A stretch of 64,000 nucleotides of DNA from Octopus vulgaris (lineage: Eukaryota), in NCBI GenBank assembly GCA_951406725.2, contig OX597818.1:24862001-24926000 (forward strand). The letters run 5' to 3'. Every line of letters begins with the position of its first letter. Position 1 is the first letter of the stretch. Shown piece after piece: positions 13,838 through 27,680 of this stretch. Position numbers and translations under genes: made by a program. Under the pieces are notes generated by a model. It saw only the letters and a program-made list of their open reading frames with translations. It had not been told where the DNA came from and searched no databases.

Positions 13838-14868
13838 CACTGTAAGCTGAACTTATTTCCACAAGATCTGGCCATAAAAGGACAATTGTGATAAATATTT
13901 TCCATTTGCTGGTAAGAAAATAAAAAAAATAAAAAATTTAGGTAACATTGTGCCATTTTATTACTGGTTATAATCATTGTGATGATAAACAGTTGTGAGA
14001 AAGCTTAACTTCAGTTATTTGAAGCACATATTCATTGCATCTTTCTGGCTGTTACCCTTCAACTAAAGATTATAACATAAATGGATTGAAAGTATTCCAA
14101 CATTTGGTCCACAAGTATATTGTTTTACTTCCTTCTCTGGTGCTGGTATTTTGCTCAATATTTGGATGATCTAAGGAAAGGGCTTATGATCTAAGGCAAG
14201 GGAATATTTTGTTAAATTTATAATCAGCAGTGAATTGTATGTGTAGATATTAGCATTATTATTCATTTAGTTTAAATTCCCATATCATTAATCTAATTTT
14301 TGGCTATTCATTCATGAAACTTTACTTCCTAAATACTTTACTCATGTTTATGTAACTAAAACACCAAAGGAAATACAATGTAGTGTAAACTATAAAATAC
14401 GTATATTTGATTGAGAATTAGCTAGGAATAAGTGTACTGTGGCTAATAATTTAGTCAAGTCTCAAAAAATATTATTGATATATATTTTTTATTAGTATAT
14501 GAGGGATAAACAGCTAAGTTATAAAGTCCTAATGTGTATGTGTGTATTGTGTCTGTCGATAATTCAACAAGTAATGTGGCAATTGGCAGAATGGCATTTG
14601 CACACACAAAACTGTGTCATGCTTCTTTGCTTCTGATTGCTCATATTAAAACTTAGTTTACCTGTTGCTATTGTAAGATTACATATAAATATTTCAACTA
14701 TTATCAACAGCATTTCATTACTGTGATCTTATTTTCAGGATGACCAGTAATAAAACTTCACAATATTACTCAAGTTTTTTTTCTTTTTTCTTACCAGCAA
14801 ATGGAAAATATTTATCACAATTGTCCTTTCATGGCCAGATCTTGTGGAAACAAGTTCAACTTACAGTG
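13838..14868. repeat. 83-bp inverted repeat pair (13838-13920 / 14786-14868)
   Basis: 3 mismatches in 83 nt, about 865-nt spacer; no TSD seen. Confidence 0.92.
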
Positions 14869-15461
14869 AAAAATACATCTGAGTCAATGTATGGCAGCAA
14901 AAGATAGAAATGGTTAAGACAAATAAAATGCTGCAAAGATTTTGAGAAGTTTGCAGAAGAAAAGAATCTTCTACCCAAGCATCAACTTGTTATACTTAAT
15001 TCTAGAGACTGTGAAGCTCCATTGGCACACAAAGAAACAAAAACACAAAATAAAATAGAAATTGAGTCAAAGACAATAAAGCAACAGATAATGAATAGAA
15101 ATTTCAGTGTTTTCTTTAAATATTCAAATTGTAAGAAATGAAGAGAGTTGCAGTCAGCCATGCCAGGAAGGTAACAGCTGAAGGCTTGATTGATTGCATT
15201 TCATCCAAAGTACTGTACTGCAACTTTGGAAAAGTAACTTAACTCTCAACAGATCAAACAATCTAGTTGTAAATAGATGTATTGGGAAGGCATAAAGAAT
15301 TTTCTGAGTACTGATGATGGGGTCAGAGTAACTGATGTTTTGTTAGTTTTCTTATGGGCTTCTGGAGAAGGAGAAGAGAAACTGTTGCAGTGTATTCTTC
15401 CTTATCACTGCACAAAAAGACCTGAACTCAGAACACAGAGAAATATAATTAAATAATTCCA

Positions 15462-15693
15462 ATAATGTAGACAATGGGCTATACACCTGTTGTAATTTAG
15501 TCATCCATAGTCTGATATGATATTTCGAAATAATATTCCTTCTTCAGATATTCTGAGATGGAGTTGCTGTTATAATCGGTTATAGCAGTGACTCCATCTA
15601 AGAATATCTGAAGAAGGAATATTATTTCGAGATATCATATCAGACTATGGATGACTAAATTACAACAGGTATATAGCCCATTGTCTATATTAT
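15462..15693. repeat. Spacer-less palindrome with 116-bp arms
   Basis: Centre between 15577 and 15578; 8 mismatches, 7 of them transitions. Confidence 0.95.
15515..15551 (-). ncRNA. Minimal hammerhead ribozyme motif in palindrome arm
   Basis: AUAU-CUGAAGA-AGGAAUauuAUUUC-GAAA-UA-UC-AUAU. The mirror copy at 15604-15640 (+) has GAGA instead of GAAA. Confidence 0.5.
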
Positions 15694-16419
15694 AGTGCAT
15701 TGTTGTACCATTCAAAACTTTTTATTCTTTACAAACAATACACAATGATTCAAGTGAACTACAATACTCTCCTAATTCCAATAATTTTATCTGATAATCT
15801 ACTAATTCTGCCATCCACCAGCTTTTTGTAATAACAAAATGTAAAACTATTGCAAATTTAAAACAGTAAAATTTCATATCAAATTTTCTGAAAAACTATG
15901 AAGAAAAAAATTTCACTTGTCCAAAAGAAAATGCAACAGGTGTATTTAATGCACCAAATTCAAATCTTTCATGGGTTTTTTATGTAAGACATATCAGAAA
16001 TAAATTAAGGTAAACAAACAAATTATTGAAACTAAAATAAAAATACATCAATACTATTTCTGTCAACACTTTAACAAAGGTTATTTCTCCAAACACACTG
16101 CTAACTCTACTGACATGAAGGAAAGATTTGTAATTGCAATTATAATAAAAATCAATAACTTGGGAAAGAAATATTATTTCAGTTAAGAATATTTGCTTTA
16201 TTTTCTATGAAATGTCAGCTTAATCCACAAAAGAAAACAGTACAGAACAAGACTGATATCAAAAACAGCCTATAAGCAATGTGATTTTGATATGGACAAA
16301 AAAAATGTTCCTTAATAGGGTTGGTATTAGTAATCATAAGATTTGACGCTATTGGCTACATCCATCAAACCCCAAATGCACTGTAATTTTATATAATCTT
16401 ATATCTTTCGTGTTTTTGT

Positions 16420-16830
16420 TCTTAGCCTGTGGCCATGCTGGTGTACCATCTTGGTGGGGTTTAGTTGAACAAACTGACCCCAGTACTTACCTTTCTTTAG
16501 CCTGGTACTTATTCTATTGATCTCTTTTCACCAAGCTGCTAAGTTACAGGGATGTAAACAAACAAACACCGGCTGTCAAGTGGTGGTAGGACAAACACAA
16601 ATAGGTATACACACACACAATGGGCTTCTTTCACTCGAACAACTTGTTAATATAAATCCTTAAAAATGTTTTAGCCCGAAGGCCGTGGCCATGCTGGGGC
16701 ACCACCGCTGATATGTAAACCATTTACCAAATTCATTCACAAGGCTTTGGTCAACTCAGGAATGACACTTGCCTAAGGTGTCATACAGTGGGACTGAACT
16801 TGGAACCATGTGGCTGGGAAGCAAGCTTTA
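16420..16830 (-). mobile_element. SINE interrupted by a short tail of a second SINE
   Basis: Reverse complement of the family at 59950; insert about 16634-16720. Confidence 0.7.
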
Positions 16831-17164
16831 TATTTTCCTTTTGTTTTGTAAAATGAGATTATCAACATATTCTGTGAAACTTTAGTGCAGGAAGGTATAA
16901 TGGTATGTGATCATTATTTATGACACTTGTATATGAAATTAGCTTTGTGCATGCAAATGCAGCTGAAAAGCCGAGTAAATGATTTGAATCTCAGCTCATT
17001 TGAAGTTGGCATCTAGAAACATTTGAAAATGCTTAAATAACATGTTTCAATGAGGTCCACAAAAAAAAAAAAAAATAAGGGTGCACTATTATTAATTGCT
17101 CTAAAGTTACTTTTTTCAGTACTTGTTTGATGATAGCTAATATTGATTTCATGTGGTTCTGTTC

Positions 17165-17216
<52 letters not shown>

Positions 17217-17239
17217 TCATTAATTAATGTCCACATTTC

Positions 17240-17550
17240 CATGTTTGCATGGATTAGAGGGAATTTATTGAGGCAGAATTTCTAAATTTTCTATGGATGG
17301 ATGCCTTTCCTGTTGCCAACCTTCACCTGTATCCAAGCAAGATAATATTTCCCATGGCCAGACATGCTTTTCACAGGAGACTGGAAACAAGCAGCCCTGT
17401 TTGTATGATGGTGAAGCTCGTTTGCAATCGTCATGTGATTTCAAAACAAGAGTACACACACACACACAGAGGCTTCTTTCAGTTTTCAAATCTATTCAAA
17501 AGACTAAAGCCTTGAGCTATAGTAGAAGACACATGCCCAAAGTGCTGCAC
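17240..17550 (-). mobile_element. SINE with RTE-like tail
   Basis: Similar to 45140-45525 and 32405-32790. Confidence 0.65.
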
Positions 17551-19224
17551 AATATAAACACACACACACCTAACCAGAGATTTATATGAAAGGAAAGGGA
17601 AGGGAAGACATTCATGACTATCCGAAGAGCTTTAGCGCAAAATTACTGCAAATGAAACATGGATCACTGACAGCATACCTTTCTAAGACTAGAAAATGAA
17701 GTTAAAAACCATTAAGGAAAACTAAAGAAAGAATGATTTCCTTCATGACAACTCTTATGTGATTTGATATGAAGTAATCAACTGTTTCCAACCTGAATGA
17801 TTAGCAATCATTATTTCAATGCCACACTAAATCTTTTAACATTTTGGTAGTCTCTATCATTACCTTGGTTAGCTTTCAAGAAAATTGTACGCCATGGCAT
17901 TTTATGTCATTCACATTTCTCCTTGGATTTTTTTTCCTAGTGCTAGTAGACCCCTTTCATGCTAATATTTTATTTCTTGTTTTTGAATGGATATCAAATG
18001 CTTTCTATCTTAGCCATATAGTAAGGTGCCCTAATATATTGCTGTTCTATGAACAAAGATTATGTCCATTTGAATGCAACTTGTGCAGACTACTTTAATT
18101 CCACAATTGGTTTCTTGACTCCAGATTCTTGAGAACTTAGCTTAAAGTAAGGTGATTCTACACTAAACTATTTCAACTTCAGTAAAAATCTACACAAGTA
18201 TTCAAAAACTGCATTTATAACATACAATTTTTTTTCTTTAGGTATGTGTAGAAAAGCAAGATAAAGCATTGAAAACTTCTGACATAAAAGTATTCAGAGT
18301 CAAGACTTGCAGAATTTGTAAGATGCAAAAAAATTTTCAAATGCACACCACTTTGGAACGAAATTTCCTTCAAACAGACACACACACACACACTTATATA
18401 TGTTACTTTTCTTTTAGTCAATCACACCAATGTAAATCCCTTGAACATTGAATGACTTGTGAATATGAACATCAACAATATATCTCAAAATCATTTTAGA
18501 CATCCAAATGTGAAATTTTTCTCGTTATCCAAGTCACAATATAATTATACTAGGCAAGTATAGTCTTACAATTAAAATAATTCCTCTCTCAATCTCCAGT
18601 TAAACCATCATTTCTTAACTTGTAAGAACCTATGTAACAATCAATCAGTCATATATTTATGTGACCTTTAACTCAAAATAGCTTTTTATGACTTAAATGT
18701 AATCCTCAGAATGCAGATAAAAGATAACTCAGTAATTTAGGACAAGAATAAAGATAAACATTTGATACACTACAAACTAATCTGGAAATGAAGGTTCAGT
18801 TTTCATTTCATCATTTAAGAATTACCAATATTGAAGCAGTCACAAATATTACTTCTTCAGTTTTAATATCACCATCATTGAATGAACAAGAAATCTTAAA
18901 ATAAATAATTGATAATTTTGTTGTCTGAAAATATTTGTAAATAAAAGAGGAATTTTGAGAAAAGGAATACATAATTAAGTTAAATTATCGTCATAAATCC
19001 CTGCTAGCAATCAGTTCATTTACTTAAGGATTGGCATTACTAAAATACCAATCCTTACTAAAAAATTTTATTACTTTATTGCCCTTCCTTTTTGAACTAT
19101 AAATACATTAAGGTTAAAAAATATATGAAGTATTTCAAAATTTTTTGATTGTTAGTCTAATCTTTTGTATTTTAAAAATATTTCACACTACTTTTTGATT
19201 AGTTGATTGATTCATTTACCTTAT

Positions 19225-19453
19225 TTAACCCTTTCGTTACTGTATTCATTTTGAGATGCTCTGTGTTTCTTTCAATTACTTTAAATATAACAAAGAATTT
19301 TTGTAAAATAACTTAGTTATCATTCAGCTAGTGTTAGGAACATAAATTGTGACTAAGGGTTGGTGGAAGATTTTAATTCCAAACTTATGAAAACAAGACA
19401 TTTGTACGCAGAGCCAGAGCGGGTTTCAGCCGGGTTGGTAACAAAAGGGTCAA
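19225..19453. mobile_element. TTAA-type (piggyBac-like) MITE
   Basis: TTAA-CCCTTTCGTTAC ... GTAACAAAAGGG-TCAA terminal inverted repeats. Confidence 0.8.
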
Positions 19454-20829
19454 TATATGGGTTCTATTCCTACATATCCATATATGTTTAAGCTTGTTTT
19501 GAACTCAGAACCTTATTTCAAATGCTGAGTTTTCACTACTCAGCTCCAATTCCAGGGTGAGACTGGTCTGTGCTGGATTTAGTGATTGCTTTCACAGTAA
19601 TAATTTACTGCTGTTTTAATTTTATACATTTCTACTATAATTTTGTCTTTTTGTATAATGGAAATTCCATTCCAGAGTATTATGCAATTTCATTTAATTT
19701 TCAGTTTTGTTTTGCATCACAAATATTCTGTAATTCTTGACTTTAAAGTGTTTCTCCTCAAAATGTATGTAATCTTATAAAAACAATTCTGTTACCTTGA
19801 ACTCTCAGGTAGGTTTTTACTGAGATTGAGATAGTTTACTAATAGAGCCATCTTGAGCACTCTTCTCCTATTATATTGTGAGCAGATTCTTTGTAGCTTC
19901 TCAACTAACACTTTGCAATAGAACTAAGACTCTGTACATGTAGTTTGACCTTGTGGTCAAACTACATGTATGGAACGTGTCAAATATCTTATCCATGAAC
20001 ACAAAATAAATATAACAATCTAAAATATTACACTAGTAGTTACCTTATGATAAATATAAAATCTGTGAGTCTAACCTGTGGTGTAATATCATCATTTTTT
20101 ACTCCTCCAACAGCTTTTCTAGATTACTTTCATCTCATCAGTTAGTTCATCTCATAGTTACTGCTTATGAATAGCTGTAGACTTGTTTTCATTTCACGAA
20201 GCAATGCTAGAAATGTTTAATTATAAAGAAAAAGTTCTCCTAAGAGAATTTTTTCCAGCTCATGCTTAAAGAATCTTCACAATATTGCTAGAAATGTGAG
20301 TAGCTTTGAGAGTCATCTTCATAGATATTACTGATCATTGTTATACTAGTTAGCTACAGAAAACTACATATATTGCTCAAATTCAGTTTAATAATACCTG
20401 ATTTTACAAATAACTAGCATTATTTAGAATGAGATCAGATTTAATCCCTATCTTATATTAGTTTCTCTAATTTCAACAGATGTGTAATGGAAGAGGTCTC
20501 AAAAAGGATTATTCATGTAGAGATCATCATCATTATTGATTTTATGTTCACTTTTCCATTCTAGCACAGGGGCTTCTGGAGGCTTTATGGTTGGATAGCC
20601 TTCACCTCTTACAACAGAGAGGGATATGGTGAACCTATTCTAAAAAGCAGGATAGCTCATAAGATTTGTTTTAAGATAAAAATACATATATTTTGATATT
20701 ACTAAATATTCATTCAAAAGATTATCAACAATTATGATAGAAAGGGCAAAGATTTGAAGTTATTTTATGAAATTAAAAAGTTACACTATTAACTTTAATC
20801 AGTTTCAGTTAAATACACCCTTATCTTGC

Positions 20830-21272
20830 TCAGAACATTGACCTCCTGGAATCTGTCCAGAGACGTGCAACCAAACGCATACCCTCCATCAGACACCTAC
20901 CATATTCTGAGCACCTTGTTTCCCTGGGCATGGATTCACTGAAGCTCCGGCGTCTGGCGACGGACTTGGTAAACACCCACAAAGTTATCAACCACCTCAC
21001 CAACAACAACACTGAACACCTTTTTGATCTCCATGTGTCTAACACACGTGGACATGCCTACAAAGTCAGAAAACAACACAGCTCCCATGACTTTCAGAAA
21101 CATTTTTTCACGCTCAGAGTTGCTAAAGCATGGAATAAACTGCCTGCGTCAGTTGTTGACTGCCATGACACTGCATCCTTTAAGGCCCTCATGCTTTCCG
21201 AAATCCGCCGAAACTACACCTGATTATATATACACTTTAGATGAGTTGTAGTGCACCTGAGCACTGTACACA

Positions 21273-21310
<38 letters not shown>
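20830..21310 (+). mobile_element. CR1-clade LINE 3' end
   Basis: LESVQRRAT, TRGHAYK and FFTLRVAKAWNKLP motifs; (ATT)n tail. Confidence 0.85.
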
Positions 21311-21735
21311 GAAACATATCATAGGATACTTGGTTGATTTATGATATAAATTTTGACCATTTGTCACATTAGATTTTGTATTCATTTATTGTTTTAATTG
21401 TTTTGCCTTAAAATGGATTACCATTAGATTTAGTATTTTTGATCTTGAATAAAGGACTAAACAACTCAATTTCTTTAGATATATACCTACATAAGAAGAA
21501 CGAGGAATGAAAATTACACATTAAAAGAGGTTTTAGAATCAAATTCCTTGTTCTAAATACTACTAAACTCGCTGCTATTAAATAGACAGAATTAACAATA
21601 AAGTGTCCCAATTACTATAAGACATTTGAGTCAGTCATGATTTTCTGTGTCAGAAAACTCATTTTGTGAAAAGATAAATAATCATCATCTTTATAGTTAA
21701 AGAAAAAACTCATTAGTTTATGTACTAAATATTTT

Positions 21736-21963
21736 TTAACCCTTTAGCATTCAAACCGTCCATGTTAGGCCAAAATATTTAACCTATTCTATGTTGAAAC
21801 TGGCCAGATTTGGCCTCTAACCACAACCCTGCAACATCATTCTAAAACTAAACAATCATATCAACAAAATCCCTAAACTACAAGATAACGTATGATTAAT
21901 TCAAAACAATATAAATAAACAAACATTACATTTGACAGAATAATCTGAATACTAAAAAGTTAA
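21736..21963. mobile_element. TTAA-type (piggyBac-like) MITE
   Basis: TTAA-CCCTTTAGCATTCA ... TGAATACTAAAAAG-TTAA. Confidence 0.75.
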
Positions 21964-22163
21964 ATGCAGTTAGTTACAACTAAATGAAATGCCATGAAAA
22001 GAAAAATATTTCACCCTATATTTGTCTTCTGTAAGAATATGTAAATTTTGCTATTTCTAATTAATGTTTAGTTCTCAGAACTTGAATATACAAAACTTGT
22101 TTGCATGGCAATTTTTTTTTATTCTTTCAGATAATTTTGCATTTTCATTGATCTACATAACTA

Positions 22164-23446
22164 TTGGGTTGTCCGGAAAGTTCCTGCCCATTTATAGTAG
22201 CTTACCTTTCGACTTATTTTAGAACATGGTTGAGTCCATAAAATAGGATTAGACTACACCTCCATTTAGAGCACAGTTTAAGCTATCTTTTCGTGGAAGA
22301 AGGTTTATGTTCCTATAACCTGTGTTAATTCTGTAACCCTTTAAAATGGAAGATAAGAAAGTTCTTTTTTGGCACTTGATGCTTTCCTTTTTCCGTAAAG
22401 GGAAAAATGCCTCACAAGCAACCAAAGAAATATGTGCAGTTTACGGTGATGTTTCTTTATCCGAAAGAACTGTACAGAAGTGGTTCACAAGGTTCCGAGC
22501 TGGAGATTGTAGCCTTATTGATAAAGAGCGATCAGGCAAACCATCCACTACAGATGATGACCAAATCAAGTCATTAATTGAGAATAACCCATACTGCACA
22601 CCCGAGAATTGGCAGAAAGCCTCAACCCATCAAAATCCATCCTTCATGAGCACCTGGTATAGCTTGGGTACACAAATCGCTACAATGTTTGGGTACCACA
22701 TGAGTTGAGTGAGAAGAACCTTTTGGATTGCATTTCCATCTGTAATTCGCTTTATAAACGGAATGAAAATGCGCCTTTTTTAAAGCAAATTGTGACAGGT
22801 GATAAGAAGTGGATTATCTACCAAAATGTTCAGAGAAAGCGATTGTGGAGTAAGCGACATGAGCCACCCTTAGCCACCCTAAAAGCGAGTCTTCACCCTA
22901 AAAAAGTCTTGCTTTGTGTCTGGTGGGGTTGGAAAGGAATTCTGTACTACGAGCTTCTCCCAAGTAACCAGACAATTAATTCTGAGAAATACTGCACACG
23001 ACTGGATGAGTTAAAAGCAGCAATTCAAGAGAAACGTCCATAATTGGCCAACAGGAAGGATGTTGTTTTCCAATATGATAATGCAAGACCGCATGTTTCT
23101 TTAGGAACCAGACAAAAATTGCTGCAGCTTGTCTGGGATGTGTTACCCCACCCTCCATATACACCAGATATTGCTCCTTCAGATTTCCACTCATTCAGGT
23201 CTCTGCAGAATAGTCTTAATGGTAAAAATTTCAATTCCTTGGATGATGTAAAAAGATACCTTGATGAATTCTTTGCCATGAAACCACCTCAATTCTGGGA
23301 AGAGGGCATTTTCAAGTTAAAAGAAAGATGGAGACGCATTGTGCAACAAAATGGTTCATATTTGGTTGATTAAAAATGTAATGGCAAATATTTATTGACT
23401 TTTTTCTTTCCTTTAAAAATTGGCACAAACTTTCCAGACAACCCAA
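22164..23446 (+). mobile_element. Full-length mariner transposon (DD34D), transposase disrupted
   Basis: TIRs TTGGGTTGTCCGGAAAGTT / AACTTTCCAGACAACCCAA with TA TSDs. WVPHEL, TGDKKW, DNARPH and YTPDIAPSDFH motifs. Frameshift near 22600 and stop at 23041. Confidence 0.95.
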
Positions 23447-25159
23447 TATTTTGTAAACACTATTTAAAATTCTTGTTTTGAGAAGATGGACAAAGCAACA
23501 ATAAGTAAAATAATTTAATAGGAAGCAAAGAGAAATAATGATAGCAACTTTAATTCCTGGATTATTTGGTGATTATGGAAAAAGCCACAGCATCTGCAAG
23601 ACCCTATTTTTCTTTAAACTGTCCATGTCCACTCATGCTATTCATATATTTATAGAAAGCAATTGCAATGGAAATAAGATTTTGAGAAATCATTTCTTGT
23701 AGACATAAAAATCGAAGATAAGAAAACAATGGATACAGAACTGGAAAAGATTGAGATGAGCAATATGATATACCAGAAAAAAAATTCAACATAGAAGATG
23801 TATAAGAAATAAAATGGAAAAAATTTAAGAGCTAATGGACAGATGCTTTTGTAAATTAAAACAAAAATATTATTTGACATTACCAACATGGCTCAGTAGC
23901 CATAAACAATTAATGATACTATCCCTTAATAAATGGGTCAGCATTTAAACATTAACACAGCTGATTGGGTAAATTCATTGAAAGACTATAGCAGAGTAAG
24001 AGACCAATAATGATATTATTACTGTAGCTTTGAAAAGCCAGAGCTCGACAAAAGAAAAAAAAAACAAAAAAAAGCAAACAACAAAAAAACAACCTGTTAG
24101 TGTTGAAAAGAATAAACATATTAGGATATTAGTATATGTTGCTTTGATGTAGAAAAGCTACTAAAATAATCATATCCTTGAATTTATTGAAGAATAATTA
24201 AATATTTTCTCCTTATTCCTATTACATCTAAAAAAAAAAGGCTTAAATTAAAATTAATAAAAAAGATCAAATTCAGTTGAGGCCATATAAAAGGTTTGAT
24301 GAAATAAGAAAACATAAGTACAATGGATTATCATTAGGAAAATAATTCTGTCATCTATCTTACATATTTGTATCCAACTACAAAATGAGCATTAAGTCCA
24401 TGAGTTAATGTGAGTGTGTGTGTAGGAGGGAGACTGAAGGTTGCTCCAGTGTATTGGTTAACACGTCTGTCATGGATACAGATGATGCTAGCTCAAGCTT
24501 GGTAGCAAATCTTTGGTCTGTTTTCCATCAAAGGGTTTTGTAAACCTACTGTATCATATGCTATTATTTACAGCAGTAGACTATATAAATGAATTGGCTG
24601 CTAGTTTCTATGGGATTCGAAAATTGATCAAGGCTGTTCAACATTTTTCTCAGTGGAGGAATAGCTAAATTTGCCATTTATATACCTACTACATAGGTTA
24701 CACACACATACACACTGAAACTAAGAGTTTGTCTCATAATTTGAGTTTCAAGCCACTTCAATTTTCAGGTGAGAACTATTTTAACTTGGTAGTGTATTTA
24801 TATCCTTTGGTGTGTTTGTGTTTGTTCATTGGTTAACTTTTACATACTTATTGATTGGGTGGTGTTTTTATAGTCTCTTCATTGGTCATTTATGTTATTT
24901 GTTTTGAAATGTAGTGTTTGTATTTCTTGCAAATGTAGGTGGGAGAGTGCATTATTAACTGGTTTAGGAATTGTTGAGAGTTTGCAAAGAGTGTATGGGC
25001 AAGCAAGAGCGAGAAATGGGAGAGGGGAGGTATGCAATGAGTGTAAAGATTGGGTACAGTTGAAGGGTAAATATAGGAAGTGATGGATAAGGGATGGGGG
25101 ATGACCAGTGATGCAGGAGTTGGGGAAAGATAGAGGGATATAGAAGAGAGCAGTGTCAG

Positions 25160-25448
25160 GATAGCTGGGCAAAATGCTTAGTGGCATTTTCGTCCATCTT
25201 TACATTCTGAGTTCAAATTCCATCAAGGTCAACTTTGCCTTTAACCCTTTCAGAGTTGATAAAATAAGTACTAGCTGTGCACTGAGGTTGATGTAATCGA
25301 CTTACTCTCTCCCACAAAATTGCTGATCTTGTGCCAACATTTGAAATCATTATTATTATTATTATTGAGTGAGAGAGCAGTGCATGCCATCAAAGTGACA
25401 CTGGGGTAAAATATATGAAGCCCAGTATACCCATCATGACTACCCGTC

Positions 25449-25487
<39 letters not shown>

Positions 25488-25700
25488 GAAGGCAATAAAC
25501 TGGCAAAATCGTTAGTATGCTGGATGAAATATTTAGCAGTATTTCACCCATCGCTATGTTCTGGGTTCAAATTCTGCCATGGTTGACTTTGCCTTTCATC
25601 GTTCCGGAGTTGATAAATCAAGTACCAGTGAAAGTTTGGGGGTTGATGCAATCGACTTGTCCCTTCCCCACAAATTTCTAGTATCTATAGTAGAAAGGAT
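25160..25700 (+). mobile_element. Two tandem Nin/Deu-domain-like SINEs with (ATT)n tails
   Basis: GTTCAAAT B-box-like motif, then GACTTTGCCTTTCATC...GATAAA..AAGTACCAG; same family as 55998. Confidence 0.7.
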
Positions 25701-25782
25701 TATTATTATTATTATTATTATTATTATGTTATTAGTATTATTACTGTTATAATTATTTTCATTTTGATCTTACTACTGATAT

Positions 25783-27033
25783 TATTATGGTGTTCAGTAA
25801 TTGTGGTTTTTCACCACTATGAATATGAATCAACCAATCACATCAGAGCCAAGGTCAAAAGGGCAGGAACTGCCGAGAAATAGTATATCATCTCTTCTAT
25901 CCAGCAGCATCATTCACAGTTATTTTGGTAATTAACCCAATGGAAGATAAGAACTTTATGAAACAACATATTCACCACTGCTTATCGTATGAGTTTCAAA
26001 AGAAAAGTATCGCTACAGAAGCAATGAAAAACATTTGTGAAGTGTATCTGGATGCAGTGAAAGCTCATAATGTCAGCTGTAGTTTAAAAAGGTTTAAAGA
26101 TGGCAATTGTGACATATCCAATAAGCCTCGCTCTGGAAGATGACTCACTTAAAATAACAACCTTTTGAATGAGACTATTGAACTAGATTCACATCAAAGC
26201 ACTAGGGATTTGGCGTAAAAATTTAATGTGTCATGTTCAACTATCCACAAACATCTCAAGCAAATTGGGAAAACATGCAAAGAAGGAATTTGGGATCCAC
26301 ATGAACTTATGCTTGAGAACTGAACATTCCAAAATCTACAGCAGTCTTCTAACCAGGGATAACAACCTGTCATTTCTGCCGTGCATTGTTACAGGTGATG
26401 AATAATGGGTTTTGCATCAGATAATGAAAAAGACAAAGGTCATCATGTAACAAGAGGCCAGTTCCAACACCAAAACCAGAACTCCATTCACAAAAATCCT
26501 TGCTTTGTGTTTGTTGGAACATGAAAGGTATTGTCCATTATGAGCTACTGGAACATGGAAGGACCATCAATGCATATGTCTACTGACAACAACTTGATCA
26601 TATAAATGAAAAATTACATTGAAAGTGGCCAGTTTTGGGACACAGAAAGGTGTTATTCTCCAGCATGACAATACATAGCCATACTCTTCAAAACAAACCC
26701 TAGAAAAAATAAGATCGTTAGGATGGGAACTTCTTCCATATCCTCCATACTCACCTGACTTAGCACCTATTGATTTCCATGTTCTGATCATCAGAGCATT
26801 TAAAAGGCAAAACACCCAGAAACAGAGAGGAAGTTGAAAACAGCTTTTCAGACTTTTTCAGGAAAAGAAATAGGTTTCTTTGAATGTAACATAAAAAAGT
26901 TACTTTCCTGTTGAGCTGCAGTCATTGAAAATGATGGAGATTACATCCTTGATTAAAACTATTTAGATAGATGTGGTTTATATTCATTTTTATATCATCT
27001 CTGGTAAAACACTATTTTCCAAACAACCTAATA
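25783..27033 (+). mobile_element. Older, degenerate mariner transposon
   Basis: KPRSGR, W.PHEL, IVTGDE, LQHDN and PPYSPDLAPIDFH motifs; decayed TIRs. Confidence 0.88.
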
Positions 27034-27267
27034 CATTGCTTAGAATCTATCTCCTCCTCTCTTTCCCCAGTACCATATTTGTGTATGTGTACTTACATGA
27101 GGGTGTTAGTGCATAAAAGTCAACTAGAGCACATCGGCTGACATGTTATCTTGATGGTGTGCCTTTTCCACCCAATCACACTCTTCTTTCATACTTTCTT
27201 ACATTCTCACCTTCTTTACCTTTATTCTAATCTGCAATAATAGCCTAACTCTACTTATTTGCATACT

Positions 27268-27307
<40 letters not shown>

Positions 27308-27459
27308 GGTCTGTTTCTTTCTTTGTGTTGTGCTTTTGCCAATAATGATAATGAAGTGAGCCAGCTGCACTGTGTTAGGGTAGCACTTACAGGTTTATGT
27401 AATTAATAGTGGTCAGCCGAAACACATGTACATTATATAAAGCATAATCTGTTACATTT

Positions 27460-27680
27460 TCTTATTTCTTTATTGCCCACAAGGGGACAAACAAAGACAG
27501 ACAAAGAGATTAAATCGATTACATCAACCCCAGTGTGTAACTGGTACTTAATTTATCAACCCCGAAAGGATGAAAGGTAAAGTTGACCTCAGCGGAATTT
27601 GAACTCAGAATGCAACGGCAGACGAAAGACTGCTAAGCATTCCACCCAGCGTGCTAACGTTTCTGCCAGACTGCCGCCTT
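27460..27680 (-). mobile_element. Nin/Deu-domain-like SINE
   Basis: Reverse complement of 55998-56225. Confidence 0.8.
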
